A stretch of DNA of 64,000 nucleotides from Planctomycetota bacterium (GTDB lineage: Bacteria; Planctomycetota; PLA2; JAEUHO01). Shown here in pieces: positions 1 through 9,160 of this stretch. The stretch lies in NCBI GenBank assembly GCA_965223505.1, contig CBDCWP010000038.1, positions 160,001 through 224,000 of the forward strand. Reading direction: 5' to 3'. The notes under the pieces are model-generated. The model searched no databases. It was not told the DNA's origin and saw nothing but the letters and a program-made list of their open reading frames with translations. The first letter of the stretch is position 1, and the number at the start of each line of letters is the position of its first letter. Position numbers and translations under genes: made by a program.

Positions 1-1
1 C

Positions 2-1075
2 GAGCGCTTCGGCCGCAAGCTGATCGCGGGCATGCAGGAACGCGGATACCCGCTCGAGTTCGCGGAGCGGTGCTACAAGCAAATCCAGGGTTTCAGCGAG
101 TACGGCTTCCCGGAGTCGCACGCGGCGAGCTTCGCGTTGCTCGTGTACGTATCGGCGTGGCTCAAGTGCTATCACCCCGCGGCCTTCGCCGCCGCGCTCA
201 TCAACAGCCAGCCGATGGGCTTCTACGCGCCGGCGCAGATCGTGCGGGATGCGCGCGACCACGGCGTCGAGGTGCGCGCCGTCGACGTCAATCACAGCGA
301 TTGGGACTGCACGCTCGAATACGACACGCTCGCGTCCGGCGCATCCGGGCCGGCCTTGCGCCTGGGGATGCGGCTCGTGCGGGGGTTGCGCGAGAACGAC
401 GCGCGGCGTGTGCGCTCGGCCGTCGAGTGTTTCGGACGCTTCGACACGCCCGAGGCGTTACATCGTTCCTGCCGTGTCACGGTACAGGGGCTGCGGCGAC
501 TCGCATACGGCGATGCGTTTCGTTCGATGTCGCTCGATCGTCAGGAAGCGTTGTGGCGCATGCGCTCGATTCGGGACGAGGAGCTACCGTTGTTCGAGCG
601 CGCGTACGTCCAATGCGTACAGGAACGTCCGAACTTGCCGGAGGTGACGCGCATGAAGGAGGTGGTGCATGACTACGCGTCGGCGCAGCTGTCGCTGAAG
701 GCCCATCCGTTCTCCTTCCTGCGCCACGAGGTCCGGCAGCGCCACGTCACGCCCGCGCAGGCGTTCGCAGACGAGCAGCGTTGGCCGCATCGAACGCCGG
801 GCGCGGTGGCGGGGCTCGTGCTCTCGCGTCAGCGTCCGTCGACGGCGAAGGGCATCGTCTTCCTCACGCTGGAGGACGAGACGGGGGTCGCGAACGTCAT
901 CGTCAAGCCGCGGGTCTTCGAGCGGCACTGGCAGATCACACGGCGGGCGCGCATCGTGATCGTGCGCGGGCACATCGAACGCCAGGGCGAGGTGGTGCAC
1001 ATGATCGCACGCGAGCTCGAGAGCCTGGACACGCTGATGTCCGAGATTGCCTCCCGATCACGCGACTTCCATTAG
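2..1075 (+). CDS. dnaE2: Error-prone DNA polymerase III alpha subunit DnaE2, 5'-truncated by the window edge
   Basis: YGFPESHAASFA, LINSQPMGFY, RQRPSTAKG..FLTLEDETG and the C-terminal SRDFH motif typical of DnaE2. Confidence 0.95.
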   Translation, partial: ERFGRKLIAGMQERGYPLEFAERCYKQIQGFSEYGFPESHAASFALLVYVSAWLKCYHPAAFAAALINSQPMGFYAPAQIVRDARDHGVEVRAVDVNHSDWDCTLEYDTLASGASGPALRLGMRLVRGLRENDARRVRSAVECFGRFDTPEALHRSCRVTVQGLRRLAYGDAFRSMSLDRQEALWRMRSIRDEELPLFERAYVQCVQERPNLPEVTRMKEVVHDYASAQLSLKAHPFSFLRHEVRQRHVTPAQAFADEQRWPHRTPGAVAGLVLSRQRPSTAKGIVFLTLEDETGVANVIVKPRVFERHWQITRRARIVIVRGHIERQGEVVHMIARELESLDTLMSEIASRSRDFH

Positions 1076-1250
1076 GCTCTGTTTGGAGATGCCGCGTCGC
1101 GAGCCCGGGGAGACCGATGCGAGCCCGAGCCCGAACGAGCGGTTCTCGCCGCAGGCGGGCTCTGTGCCCGTCGAGGACGAGGTTCCGAGTTCGGACCGGG
1201 CACAGCAAGAGGATCGTCGGGCGCAGCAGCGGCAGTTTCCAAACAGAGCC
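1075..1250 (+). mobile_element. MITE copy 1 (176 bp, non-autonomous, IS5-like ends)
   Basis: Perfect 13-bp terminal inverted repeats GGCTCTGTTTGGA/TCCAAACAGAGCC flanked by TA (1073-1074 and 1251-1252); second copy at 3398-3572. Confidence 0.85.
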
Positions 1251-1252
1251 TA

Positions 1253-1636
1253 GGCGGCTCGCTGGATGGCGGCGCTGCGCCGCGTCGTCGTTGCGTGGCA
1301 GGGCGGATCGCTGGATGCTCGGCGGCGCTAGGCACCGCGTCGTCGTTGCGTGGCAGGGCGGATCGCTGGATGCTCGGCGGCGCTAGGCACCGCGTCGTCG
1401 TTGCGTGGCAGGGCGGATCGCTGGATGCTCGGCGGCGCTAGGCACCGCGTCGTCGTTGCGTGGCAGAAGGCGGCTCGCTGGATGCTCGGCGGCGCTAGGC
1501 ACCGCGTCGTCGTTGCGTGACAGAAGGCGGCTCGCTGGATGCTCGGCGGCGCTAGGCACCGCGTCGTCGTTGCGTGGCAGAAGGCGGCTCGCTGGATGCT
1601 CGGCGGCGCTGCGCCGCGTCGTCGTTGCGTGGCAGA
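1253..1636. repeat. Tandem array of about 7 units of 55-57 bp (first and last units shorter)
   Basis: Unit GGCGG(A/C)TCGCTGGATGCTCGGCGGCGCTAGGCACCGCGTCGTCGTTGCGTGGCAG(AA) repeated head-to-tail with no unique spacers. Confidence 0.95.
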
Positions 1637-1705
1637 CCACGCGGCCTCCTCCGCGGCTTTGCGGCGCCTTCGCCCCAGCGACCCGCCGTTCATGCGCGTG
1701 CGAAG

Positions 1706-1732
1706 GTCGGGGACCCTCGTGGTCGCCCCTAC
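1706..1732 (-). repeat. REP-like palindrome (GTAG type)
   Basis: Minus strand GTAGGGGCGACCACGAGGGTCCCCGAC overlaps the stop codon of the transglutaminase gene; related copy at 62554-62578. Confidence 0.5.
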
Positions 1733-3348
1733 ATCCGCACCAGACGCACGCCGTCCGCGACCTGCCACTTGTACGCGCTGTCGTTCTTCGGGTGGATCGA
1801 GTACGCGACACCCGGCTTCATCTTGGCGAGCTCGCTCCGCTCGAGAACGAACCGGAACTCCCGCTCCGAACCGTCACCGGACGTGAAGAAGTACCCCGTC
1901 GCCCGCGCGAACACGTTCGGAAGTCCCTCGGCCTTGAGCACGACGTTCGGATCCGACTTGTCCCGGAAGGGCCGGTACTGGACGTACGTCGCGTTCGAGA
2001 ACCACTCCTTCGCGTGGAAGTAGAAGACGCCCGCCCCCTTCGGACCGAGGACCCTGCTGCCCTTCAGCCCTGGCGGCATGTCCGCGGATCCCTCCCAATA
2101 CGCCTTCGCGACCGTCAGCGTCTTGTGCGCCGGAGGCCCGCACGGCCGGGCGCCGCCTTCGGGCTCCGGATTCGGGATCGCGGCGTGCCGGCCGAAGCGG
2201 TCCGACACCTCGAGCGTGCGGTACGGATTGCTGAACGGAAACACCTCGCTGCGCGCGCCCTTCGCGTAGCGCATGCCCCAGGTTTCGCCGAGCTTCGCCT
2301 CGCTCAAGTCGCGGAACGTGTGCACGTGCGTCATCAAGCCCATGTAGCGGGGGTTGAGGATGTTGTCGCCGAGCTTCTCGTAGTTGAGACGGCGCCAGCG
2401 GCCGCCGACCCAGACCTCGTTGAAGGTGTGCGCGTTGAAGCTCGTCGAGCCGGGCTGCACGCCGGCGCAGATGATGCGGCGCACCTCGTGATGCGTGATG
2501 CACTTGTCCACCATCTCGACCTGCTTCGGATCGGACGCGTCGATGAGCGGAATGGCCACGATCATCCGCGTGGGAACGCCCGCGGCGCGCAGGGCGGTCG
2601 TCAGGTAGATCGCCGACGAGGTGCACGTGCCCCGGGTCTCGTTCTCGAACATGGACTTGCCGAAGAGCTCGTGCGCGAACTGCTGCTCGGTCGACCACTC
2701 GCTGTTGCCCCGGCCGGCGAGGAAGTTCCTCTCGCACCCGGGAAGCACGCGCGGCTTGCCGTCCTCGAAGCCCACGAAGTAGGTGCAGAACATGCCGCTC
2801 GAACGCGCTCTCCTGACGAGCCAGAGCGCGACGGCCTCCACGAACGCGCGGTCCGTCATCTTGCGCGCGTCGATCCCCTTCTCGTCCAGCTCGGCCAGCA
2901 CCCGCTCGCGCATCGCGTCGTCCCAGTTCGTCGTGATGCCGGGCTTGATGTCGTCCGGCTGGGCGACGAACGCCGCCATGCGCCAGTCCTTCTGCGCTTC
3001 GATGCCCTCCGCGACCCTGTTCAGCGGGTAGTGCACGACCTCGAGCTCGATGTACTCGTCGGTCTCCTTGCGAACGCGGGCGTCCTGATAGTCGTCGGTG
3101 AGATGCGCCTTGTTGTAGGGCGGCATCACGCGCACGACCGTGCGAATCGTGTAGGCGTACTCGCGGCGCTCGTCCCAGTCGCCATCCGGCTTCCCGTCGC
3201 CGTCGCTGTCCGGCTTCTTCGGGTCGGTGAAGTGCTTGTGAATCTCGCGGAAGTCCGAGAGACCGTCGCCGTCGGTGTCCACGTCGTCCGCCCATGCCGG
3301 CGACGACCAAAGCAATGCCGCGATCATGGCGCTGACCATCAACCTCAT
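1729..3348 (-). CDS. Secreted transglutaminase-like protein with N-terminal DxDxDG Ca-binding repeats
   Basis: GGAGG RBS before ATG 3348; signal peptide; DTDGDGLSD/DSDGDGKPDG; GTCTSSA...RAAGVPTR...HTFNEVWVGGRW core. The ORF-track N-terminal extension is MITE read-through. Confidence 0.8.
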   Translation of the reverse strand: MRLMVSAMIAALLWSSPAWADDVDTDGDGLSDFREIHKHFTDPKKPDSDGDGKPDGDWDERREYAYTIRTVVRVMPPYNKAHLTDDYQDARVRKETDEYIELEVVHYPLNRVAEGIEAQKDWRMAAFVAQPDDIKPGITTNWDDAMRERVLAELDEKGIDARKMTDRAFVEAVALWLVRRARSSGMFCTYFVGFEDGKPRVLPGCERNFLAGRGNSEWSTEQQFAHELFGKSMFENETRGTCTSSAIYLTTALRAAGVPTRMIVAIPLIDASDPKQVEMVDKCITHHEVRRIICAGVQPGSTSFNAHTFNEVWVGGRWRRLNYEKLGDNILNPRYMGLMTHVHTFRDLSEAKLGETWGMRYAKGARSEVFPFSNPYRTLEVSDRFGRHAAIPNPEPEGGARPCGPPAHKTLTVAKAYWEGSADMPPGLKGSRVLGPKGAGVFYFHAKEWFSNATYVQYRPFRDKSDPNVVLKAEGLPNVFARATGYFFTSGDGSEREFRFVLERSELAKMKPGVAYSIHPKNDSAYKWQVADGVRLVRM

Positions 3349-3397
3349 CGCGCCCTCCAGGCCCCCAGGATACGGAGACTTGCAGGCGCCGCGACGA

Positions 3398-3572
3398 GGC
3401 TCCGTTTGGAAGCTGCCGCTGCTGCGCCCGACGATTCTCTTGCTGCGCCCGGCCCGAACTCGGAACCTCGTCCTCGACGGGCACAGAGCCCGCCTGCGGC
3501 GAGAACCGCTCGTTCGGCGCGGGCTCGCATCGGTCTCCCCGGGCTCGCGACGCAGCATTTCCAAACAGAGCC
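3398..3572 (-). mobile_element. MITE copy 2 (175 bp), inverted relative to copy 1
   Basis: Reverse complement of 1075-1250 with about 9 differences by manual comparison; inner TIR has one mismatch (GGCTCCGTTTGGA). Confidence 0.85.
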
Positions 3573-4264
3573 TAGCCGAACACGACCTGCCAACCGATCG
3601 ACAGGATCGCGACGTCGGCGATGGCGTGACTGAGCGCGCCGGGCCAGATCGACGCGTACCGGTGGTAACACCACGACCACACCGCGCCGCCGACGAACAC
3701 GCCCGCCGTGCCGACGAGGGTGATGTCCCACGGCACGAAGGCGCGCAGCACGATCACGTGGTGAGCGGCGAAGATGGCGGCGGAGACGAGCACCGCCGCC
3801 CCGGCCGGCATGAGCGCGCGCGCTCGTGTGAAGACGAACCAGCGGAACGCGTATTCTTCGAGCACCGAATTCACGCAGATCAGCCACAAGCTCCCGGCGA
3901 TGAAGGCCCCCCTCGTGTCGAGCCCCGCTTCGGCGACGACCGTCCGAATCACACCCAGGTCGATGCGGTCGGCGATGAAGAGCGCCCACGCCGCCCAGAT
4001 CGTCGCGCCGACGAGCACGCCGAGCCCGGTCGCCGCCGCGAACCCGCCCTGCCTCGGTGGCGACGCACTCGGCCTGCGCCGGTCCACGAGGAGAAGCCAG
4101 ACGATCGGCAGTCCGTAGAGCACGATCTTGCCGAGCGCGTAGCCGACGCTGCCGACCGCAGTGCCCCGCGCGACCCAACACGCCAGGTACGCCCCGATCG
4201 ACGGCGCCGGCGTGATGATCAGCAGGGCGATCAGCGCGTTGCGCTTGGCGGCGGCGTCATTCAC
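3572..4264 (-). CDS. CPBP (CAAX protease/Abi) family intramembrane metalloprotease
   Basis: Multi-TM protein with EEYAFR, FAAHH and HAIAD motifs. Confidence 0.88.
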   Translation of the reverse strand: MNDAAAKRNALIALLIITPAPSIGAYLACWVARGTAVGSVGYALGKIVLYGLPIVWLLLVDRRRPSASPPRQGGFAAATGLGVLVGATIWAAWALFIADRIDLGVIRTVVAEAGLDTRGAFIAGSLWLICVNSVLEEYAFRWFVFTRARALMPAGAAVLVSAAIFAAHHVIVLRAFVPWDITLVGTAGVFVGGAVWSWCYHRYASIWPGALSHAIADVAILSIGWQVVFG

Positions 4265-4325
4265 GGCGGCACGGTACCGCGCGGGTGAGCCCCAGCCCTA
4301 TACTCTCGCGCGAAGGAGTTCGATC

Positions 4326-5864
4326 ATGTTCAAACGCCTCGTCGCCGTGGTGTTCCTCGCCGCCGTCTTCACGCCGTGCGCGGAGGCGGAAGAGGTCACC
4401 CTCGTCGAAGACCGCTACGTCGAAGAGGCGCTGAAGCAGGCCGGGACGAACCGACCCGAGCTCGAAAAGGTGCTCGACCACTACGCCGAGAACGGCTTGA
4501 AGCGTTCAGCGGCTCGATTCCTGATCGCGAACATGCCCGGAAAGGGCTACATCGTCACGGAGCTGCGCGACGCCGAGGGCAACCGCGTCGAATACGACCC
4601 GCTGTCGTACCCCGACTTCAAGGCCGCCCTCGAAGCACTCGAAGCGCTGGAGAAGAAGCACGGCGAGCTCGACTTCGCCCGCGATCACGTGGTGAGCGAC
4701 CTCGAGACGATCACGGCCGAGTTCCTGATTCGTCACATCGACCGTTCCTTCGGCGGCTGGAACGCGGTGCCGGCGAAGGAGCGCGTCGGGTTCGAGGCGT
4801 TTCTCAACTTCGTGCTTCCGTACCGCGGCAGCCAGGAGCCGATCGACGACTGGATCACGCCGCTGCAGCAACGTTACGCCGCCCGCGTGCGCAAGCTCGG
4901 CGACTCGCTGACGAGCGCCGAGCTGTACAAGTGGCTCAGCCAGGACGTGCACAAGCGCTTCCGGTTCAACGAGCGCTACTACCTTCATCCGACCGACCAG
5001 GGCTTCACGGAGATGGGCCGCTCGGGCCAGGGCCGCTGCGAAGACATCACCAACATGATCACGTTCGCGGCGCGCAGCGTCGCCATCGCGACCGCTGCCG
5101 ACTACACCCCCGCCTGGGCGCATCGTGACAACAATCACGCGTGGAACGTGTTGCTGGACGCGAACGGCAGGGGCTTCGCCAAGTCGAACGCGCACGCCGC
5201 GAAGGTCTACCGGAAGACCTACGCGATCCAGCGCGCCTGCCTCGCCTTCCAGCTTCCCGAAGGCCGCGAGGCGCCCAATCGCTTCCTGAAGAGCACGTCC
5301 TACATCGACGTGACGGACCAGTACGCCCCGACCACCGACGTGACCTTGACGCTCTCCGAAGGCGCCGCCGGCGGCGAGACGTTCGCCTACCTCTGCGTGT
5401 TCAACGGGGGGAAGTGGGTCGCGATCGACTGGGGCCGCATCGGCGACGGCGTCGTCGGCTTCCGGTCGATGGGCCGCAACATCGTGTACCTGCCGGCGAT
5501 TCACGACGGCGAGAAGCTGATCGCCGTCGCGCCGCCGCTGATCATCCACAAGGACGGCGCCGTCGAGACGCTCACAGGCGACGGCGCCGAGTCGTCGGTT
5601 TCGCTCACATCGGTCAGTCCGAAGAAGAAGAGCCCCGACACGGGCGTGGTGACGCCGAAGTCGTTCCTGAAGAACGGCGAGACCTACGTGCTGAAGCGCT
5701 GGACGGAAGGCAGGTGGGAACCTGTTTCGGAGTTCACCGCGAAGGACGAGCCGGTCGCGATCGACCGCCTCGCCGTCGACGGACTCTACTGGCTGGTCAA
5801 GAAGGAGTCGCGCCGGCTCGAGCGCGTCTTCACGATCGCCGACGGCAAGCAGAAGTTCTGGTAG
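4326..5864 (+). CDS. Secreted transglutaminase domain-containing protein
   Basis: AAGGAG RBS, signal peptide, GRCED...DYTPAW...NHAWN core; ALKQAGTNRPELEKVL N-terminus. Confidence 0.8.
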   Translation: MFKRLVAVVFLAAVFTPCAEAEEVTLVEDRYVEEALKQAGTNRPELEKVLDHYAENGLKRSAARFLIANMPGKGYIVTELRDAEGNRVEYDPLSYPDFKAALEALEALEKKHGELDFARDHVVSDLETITAEFLIRHIDRSFGGWNAVPAKERVGFEAFLNFVLPYRGSQEPIDDWITPLQQRYAARVRKLGDSLTSAELYKWLSQDVHKRFRFNERYYLHPTDQGFTEMGRSGQGRCEDITNMITFAARSVAIATAADYTPAWAHRDNNHAWNVLLDANGRGFAKSNAHAAKVYRKTYAIQRACLAFQLPEGREAPNRFLKSTSYIDVTDQYAPTTDVTLTLSEGAAGGETFAYLCVFNGGKWVAIDWGRIGDGVVGFRSMGRNIVYLPAIHDGEKLIAVAPPLIIHKDGAVETLTGDGAESSVSLTSVSPKKKSPDTGVVTPKSFLKNGETYVLKRWTEGRWEPVSEFTAKDEPVAIDRLAVDGLYWLVKKESRRLERVFTIADGKQKFW

Positions 5865-5867
5865 TCG

Positions 5868-6647
5868 ATGCTCTCGCCCGACCGCTGGCTGTGGATCGGA
5901 GGCATCGCGCTCATCCTCTCGTTCGCGCTGCCCGTCGTTTCCGATGGGCGCTCCGGCCTCGAGCTGGAGTGGGCGTGGGAGACGTGGCAGCCCGCGACCT
6001 ACGCCATTCTCTTTGCCCGGCTTCTTCCTGCGGTGCTCGGCCTCGTCGCGTTGGCGTTCATACGCCCCCTGAACACGAGCAGGCGGGGAGCGGCCCTATT
6101 CGCCGTCACGGTGCTGTTCGCGGCGTGGCACTTCGTCGCCGGCGACACACCGGTGAATCTCTGGATGCGCTTCGACGCAGGTGTGCGAATCGGCACGCAC
6201 ACGCACTTGGGCGCGTACCTGCTCGTGGGCATTTCGACGGTCGTGGCCGGCCAGGCCCTGCCGACCCGCGGCATGCTGATGTTCGGTGGACTCTGGCTCC
6301 TGGCGGGTTACGCGATTCCGCACCGTGGCGGCGAGCCGTTGGCCGTGGCGTTTTTCGAGTCCGACTGGCGAGACGCGTGGCACCCGTTGGTCTGCCTCGC
6401 GACGCTCGCATCCATCGCGGTTGCGGCGCTCTTCGGACTGCACAGCCTCGTGCGATGGCTGCTGCTGGGACTCGCCGTTGCCGGGCCCGTCCTCTTCGTC
6501 TGGAACCTGGACGTACACCAATCCCGTATCGACCTCTGGTTCGCGTCCACGGTGACCCTGCGTGGGGTGTGTCTCTACTACGGCTTCGTGATGCTCTCGG
6601 CCGCGGGCCTCGTCGCCGCGCGCGGCGGCGCTTTGAACCGACCCTGA
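5868..6647 (+). CDS. Hypothetical integral membrane protein
   Basis: 259-aa hydrophobic ORF starting 3 nt after the preceding stop. Confidence 0.65.
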   Translation: MLSPDRWLWIGGIALILSFALPVVSDGRSGLELEWAWETWQPATYAILFARLLPAVLGLVALAFIRPLNTSRRGAALFAVTVLFAAWHFVAGDTPVNLWMRFDAGVRIGTHTHLGAYLLVGISTVVAGQALPTRGMLMFGGLWLLAGYAIPHRGGEPLAVAFFESDWRDAWHPLVCLATLASIAVAALFGLHSLVRWLLLGLAVAGPVLFVWNLDVHQSRIDLWFASTVTLRGVCLYYGFVMLSAAGLVAARGGALNRP

Positions 6648-6664
6648 CCGCGCGCTGTTCGCGC

Positions 6665-7753
6665 TCAGTGGCCGCGCTTCCTGCGCATGCGCGGGTCGCC
6701 GCGTATCCGCTTGTGCCAGGCCTTGGTCTGCTTCTTCCACTTCTGCTTCGCTTCGACGCGTAGCTTCTGGTTCTGCTTGCGCGCGACGAATTCCATCTCG
6801 CGCAGCATCTTTCCGTAGCTCTCGTAGCGATCCGGATCGAGCCGGCCGTCCTCCAGCGCCTCGCGCACGGCGCAGCCCGGCTCGCTCTCGTGGCGGCAGT
6901 CCCGAAAGCGGCACGCGTCCATGAGCGCCTCGATCTCCCCGAACGCGCCCTTGAGCCCCTCGCTCGCCTCCCACAGCCCGAGCTCGCGCATGCCGGGCGT
7001 GTCCATCAGCAGGCCCCCACCCGGAATCTCGACGATCTGACGGTTCGTGGTCGTATGGCGCCCGCGGTCGTCGGACTCGCGAATCTCGCGCACGAGTTGC
7101 ACGTCGTCGCCGACGATGCGATTGATCAACGTCGACTTGCCGACGCCGGAGGAGCCGATGACGGCGATCGTCCGACCGGGGCCCACGTATGGCTCGATGA
7201 CCCCGAGCCCGCGCTCGTAGAGCGCGCTGATCGGGTGGATCGGAACGCCGCTCGCCACGGCCTTCGCCTCGACGAGACGATGGAGATCGTCGCACAGGTC
7301 GATCTTGTTGAGCAGGATCACGGGTTGCGCGCCTGCCTCCCAGATCATCGTGAGATAGCGCTCGATACGACGCGGATTGAAGTCACGATTGAGCGAGACG
7401 ACGAGGAAGACGGTATCCAGGTTGGCGGCCACGATCTGTGCGTCGACGGATCGACGCGCTGCGCGGCGCATTAAGGCGCCGGTGCGCGGCAGCAGATCCT
7501 GGACGAGCGCGCGGTCCGACCCGGCGGGCCGTTCGACCAACACCCAGTCACCGACCGCAGGACGATCCAGTCCGGCGGCCTCGTGACGAAAGCGGCCGGA
7601 CGGAACCGCCCAAGGCGCGTCCGTCTCCGTGCATACGCGCCAGCGCCCCCGTTGTTCCTCGATGACGCGCGCGGGCTCCAGCCCGTCGCGCCGCTTGATC
7701 TCGAACGCCTCCTGGAAGTGGGCGTTCCATCCGAATTGCTGTAGGCGGTTCAA
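6665..7753 (-). CDS. rsgA: Ribosome small subunit-dependent GTPase A
   Basis: Circularly permuted GTPase: NKIDL, GSSGVGKST, GRHTT, DTPG, CRFRDCRHESEPGC Zn finger; GGAGG before TTG start. Confidence 0.95.
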   Translation of the reverse strand: MNRLQQFGWNAHFQEAFEIKRRDGLEPARVIEEQRGRWRVCTETDAPWAVPSGRFRHEAAGLDRPAVGDWVLVERPAGSDRALVQDLLPRTGALMRRAARRSVDAQIVAANLDTVFLVVSLNRDFNPRRIERYLTMIWEAGAQPVILLNKIDLCDDLHRLVEAKAVASGVPIHPISALYERGLGVIEPYVGPGRTIAVIGSSGVGKSTLINRIVGDDVQLVREIRESDDRGRHTTTNRQIVEIPGGGLLMDTPGMRELGLWEASEGLKGAFGEIEALMDACRFRDCRHESEPGCAVREALEDGRLDPDRYESYGKMLREMEFVARKQNQKLRVEAKQKWKKQTKAWHKRIRGDPRMRRKRGH

Positions 7754-7945
7754 GACCGACCTCCCGATACGAAGTTCATTGTGCGGATTGCGGAATGCAG
7801 GCGTCGTCGCGGCACGCAGTGGTGACGCGAAGCGCCGATCGCGAGGTGCGAGCGCACGCGGGCCGAAGTCGAGCTACGACGGGTGCGTGCCGGCGTCCGT
7901 CAGGGAATCCGCCGACGCGACGTCGGCGGGGCCTTCAGCGGACGG

Positions 7946-8002
7946 CTACGAGGAGAGCGCCCCGGCGGCGGAGGCGTCGAGTGTCGAGGTGAATCCAGTC
8001 AT
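7946..8002 (-). CDS. Putative leader peptide MTGFTSTLDASAAGALSS upstream of rsgA
   Basis: Strong AAGGGAGG SD, ATG at 8002, TAG at 7946-7948, followed by nested hairpins. Confidence 0.45.
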   Translation of the reverse strand: MTGFTSTLDASAAGALSS

Positions 8003-8071
8003 GAGCGCCTCCCTTCGTGATGTCGTTGCAGGGAGGACGCGCTGGAGGATGCGCGGGTTCCGTCCGAATCC

Positions 8072-9160
8072 TCAGCGGCGAAACGTGAGCGACAGACCGG
8101 CGAACACCCCGGGATCGACCCGGAGCGTCGTGCTCGTACGACCGTCGGCGTCCGACACGCGGTACTCGCGGTAGATGTCGACGCCGGCGTGGGCCTCGAG
8201 CGTCGCGTCGGCGCTCGGCGTGAACGAGAACCGGAACGTGATCGGGATGCGCGTGTCGTCGAACGTGCCGTCGGGCATGGGGCCGTTGTCGCGCAACCGG
8301 AAGCGGCGGGTGTCCACGGTGCCGGCGGCAGAGATCTCGAAGTACCGGCCGAACGTATGGGACAGCACGAGCCCGCGGCCCTCGAGGGCGAGGCGCCAGT
8401 CGTCCTTGAAGCGCCAGTCGAACTGCGGCGTCGGGAAGATGAACGGATCGTCCTCCAGCAGCGTGACGACGATGACGCCGAGACCGCTGCGGAACGTGGA
8501 CGAGAACTCGTGGCCGACGACGCCGATGAACGTGAACCGCACGCCCTCGCCGAGGTCGGCGCCGACCTCCCCCGACGTCGAGACGCCGCCACTGAGGAAC
8601 ACAGCCCACTCCCGGCTCAATGGTTGAAAGTACGTCGCGCTCAGTCCGAAGGTCTGGAACTTCTTGAACGGATCGCCGCTCGTCGCAAGCAGTGGGTCGC
8701 GGCCGTCGAACGTGTAGTCGCGCAGCTGGTAGATCGCGCTCATCGAGAACGACCCGAACGTCGGCAGCGGACGGCTCGCACCGACCAGCGCCGACGCCTC
8801 CCACGTACGCGAGCTCTGCCCCGTGCCCTCGATGTCTCCGCTCTGGTTCAGCGATGTCGCGACGGAGCCGAAGAAGGTCCAGCCCTCGTCGCCGGGACGC
8901 AGACCGGCCGACGAGATGTTCGTGAAGTCGAGCGAGCGGTTCAGGTTCTGGTTCTCGCCGTCATCGCGCGTGAGGCCGCCGCGCGCGACGAGCGGGGGTC
9001 CGTTGGGCGAGATCGCCGTGGGCGCGGGCGGCGAGGTCCACGTCGGATTCGACGTCGGCGCCGCGTCGGAGTCGGCAATGCGTCGTGTCGCGCAGCCCGT
9101 CCAGAGCACCGCGAACGCGATCAGCAGTCCGAGCCCGGCGTGTCGATGAAACTGCACCAT
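8072..9160 (-). CDS. Putative outer-membrane beta-barrel protein (DUF6268-like) with lipobox-like signal
   Basis: LWTGC lipobox-like motif; alternating beta-strand pattern; ends GLSLTFRR. Confidence 0.6.
   Translation of the reverse strand: MVQFHRHAGLGLLIAFAVLWTGCATRRIADSDAAPTSNPTWTSPPAPTAISPNGPPLVARGGLTRDDGENQNLNRSLDFTNISSAGLRPGDEGWTFFGSVATSLNQSGDIEGTGQSSRTWEASALVGASRPLPTFGSFSMSAIYQLRDYTFDGRDPLLATSGDPFKKFQTFGLSATYFQPLSREWAVFLSGGVSTSGEVGADLGEGVRFTFIGVVGHEFSSTFRSGLGVIVVTLLEDDPFIFPTPQFDWRFKDDWRLALEGRGLVLSHTFGRYFEISAAGTVDTRRFRLRDNGPMPDGTFDDTRIPITFRFSFTPSADATLEAHAGVDIYREYRVSDADGRTSTTLRVDPGVFAGLSLTFRR

Noticed and set aside
1047..1253. 68-aa ORF running through MITE copy 1
   Set aside because: Frame is broken by a 1-bp indel in copy 2 and shows no transposase motifs
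1253..1636. CRISPR array
   Set aside because: Units are contiguous with no unique spacers, and there are no cas genes in the window
3349..3564. N-terminal extension of the transglutaminase ORF
   Set aside because: Read-through from MITE copy 2; RBS and signal peptide place the start at 3348
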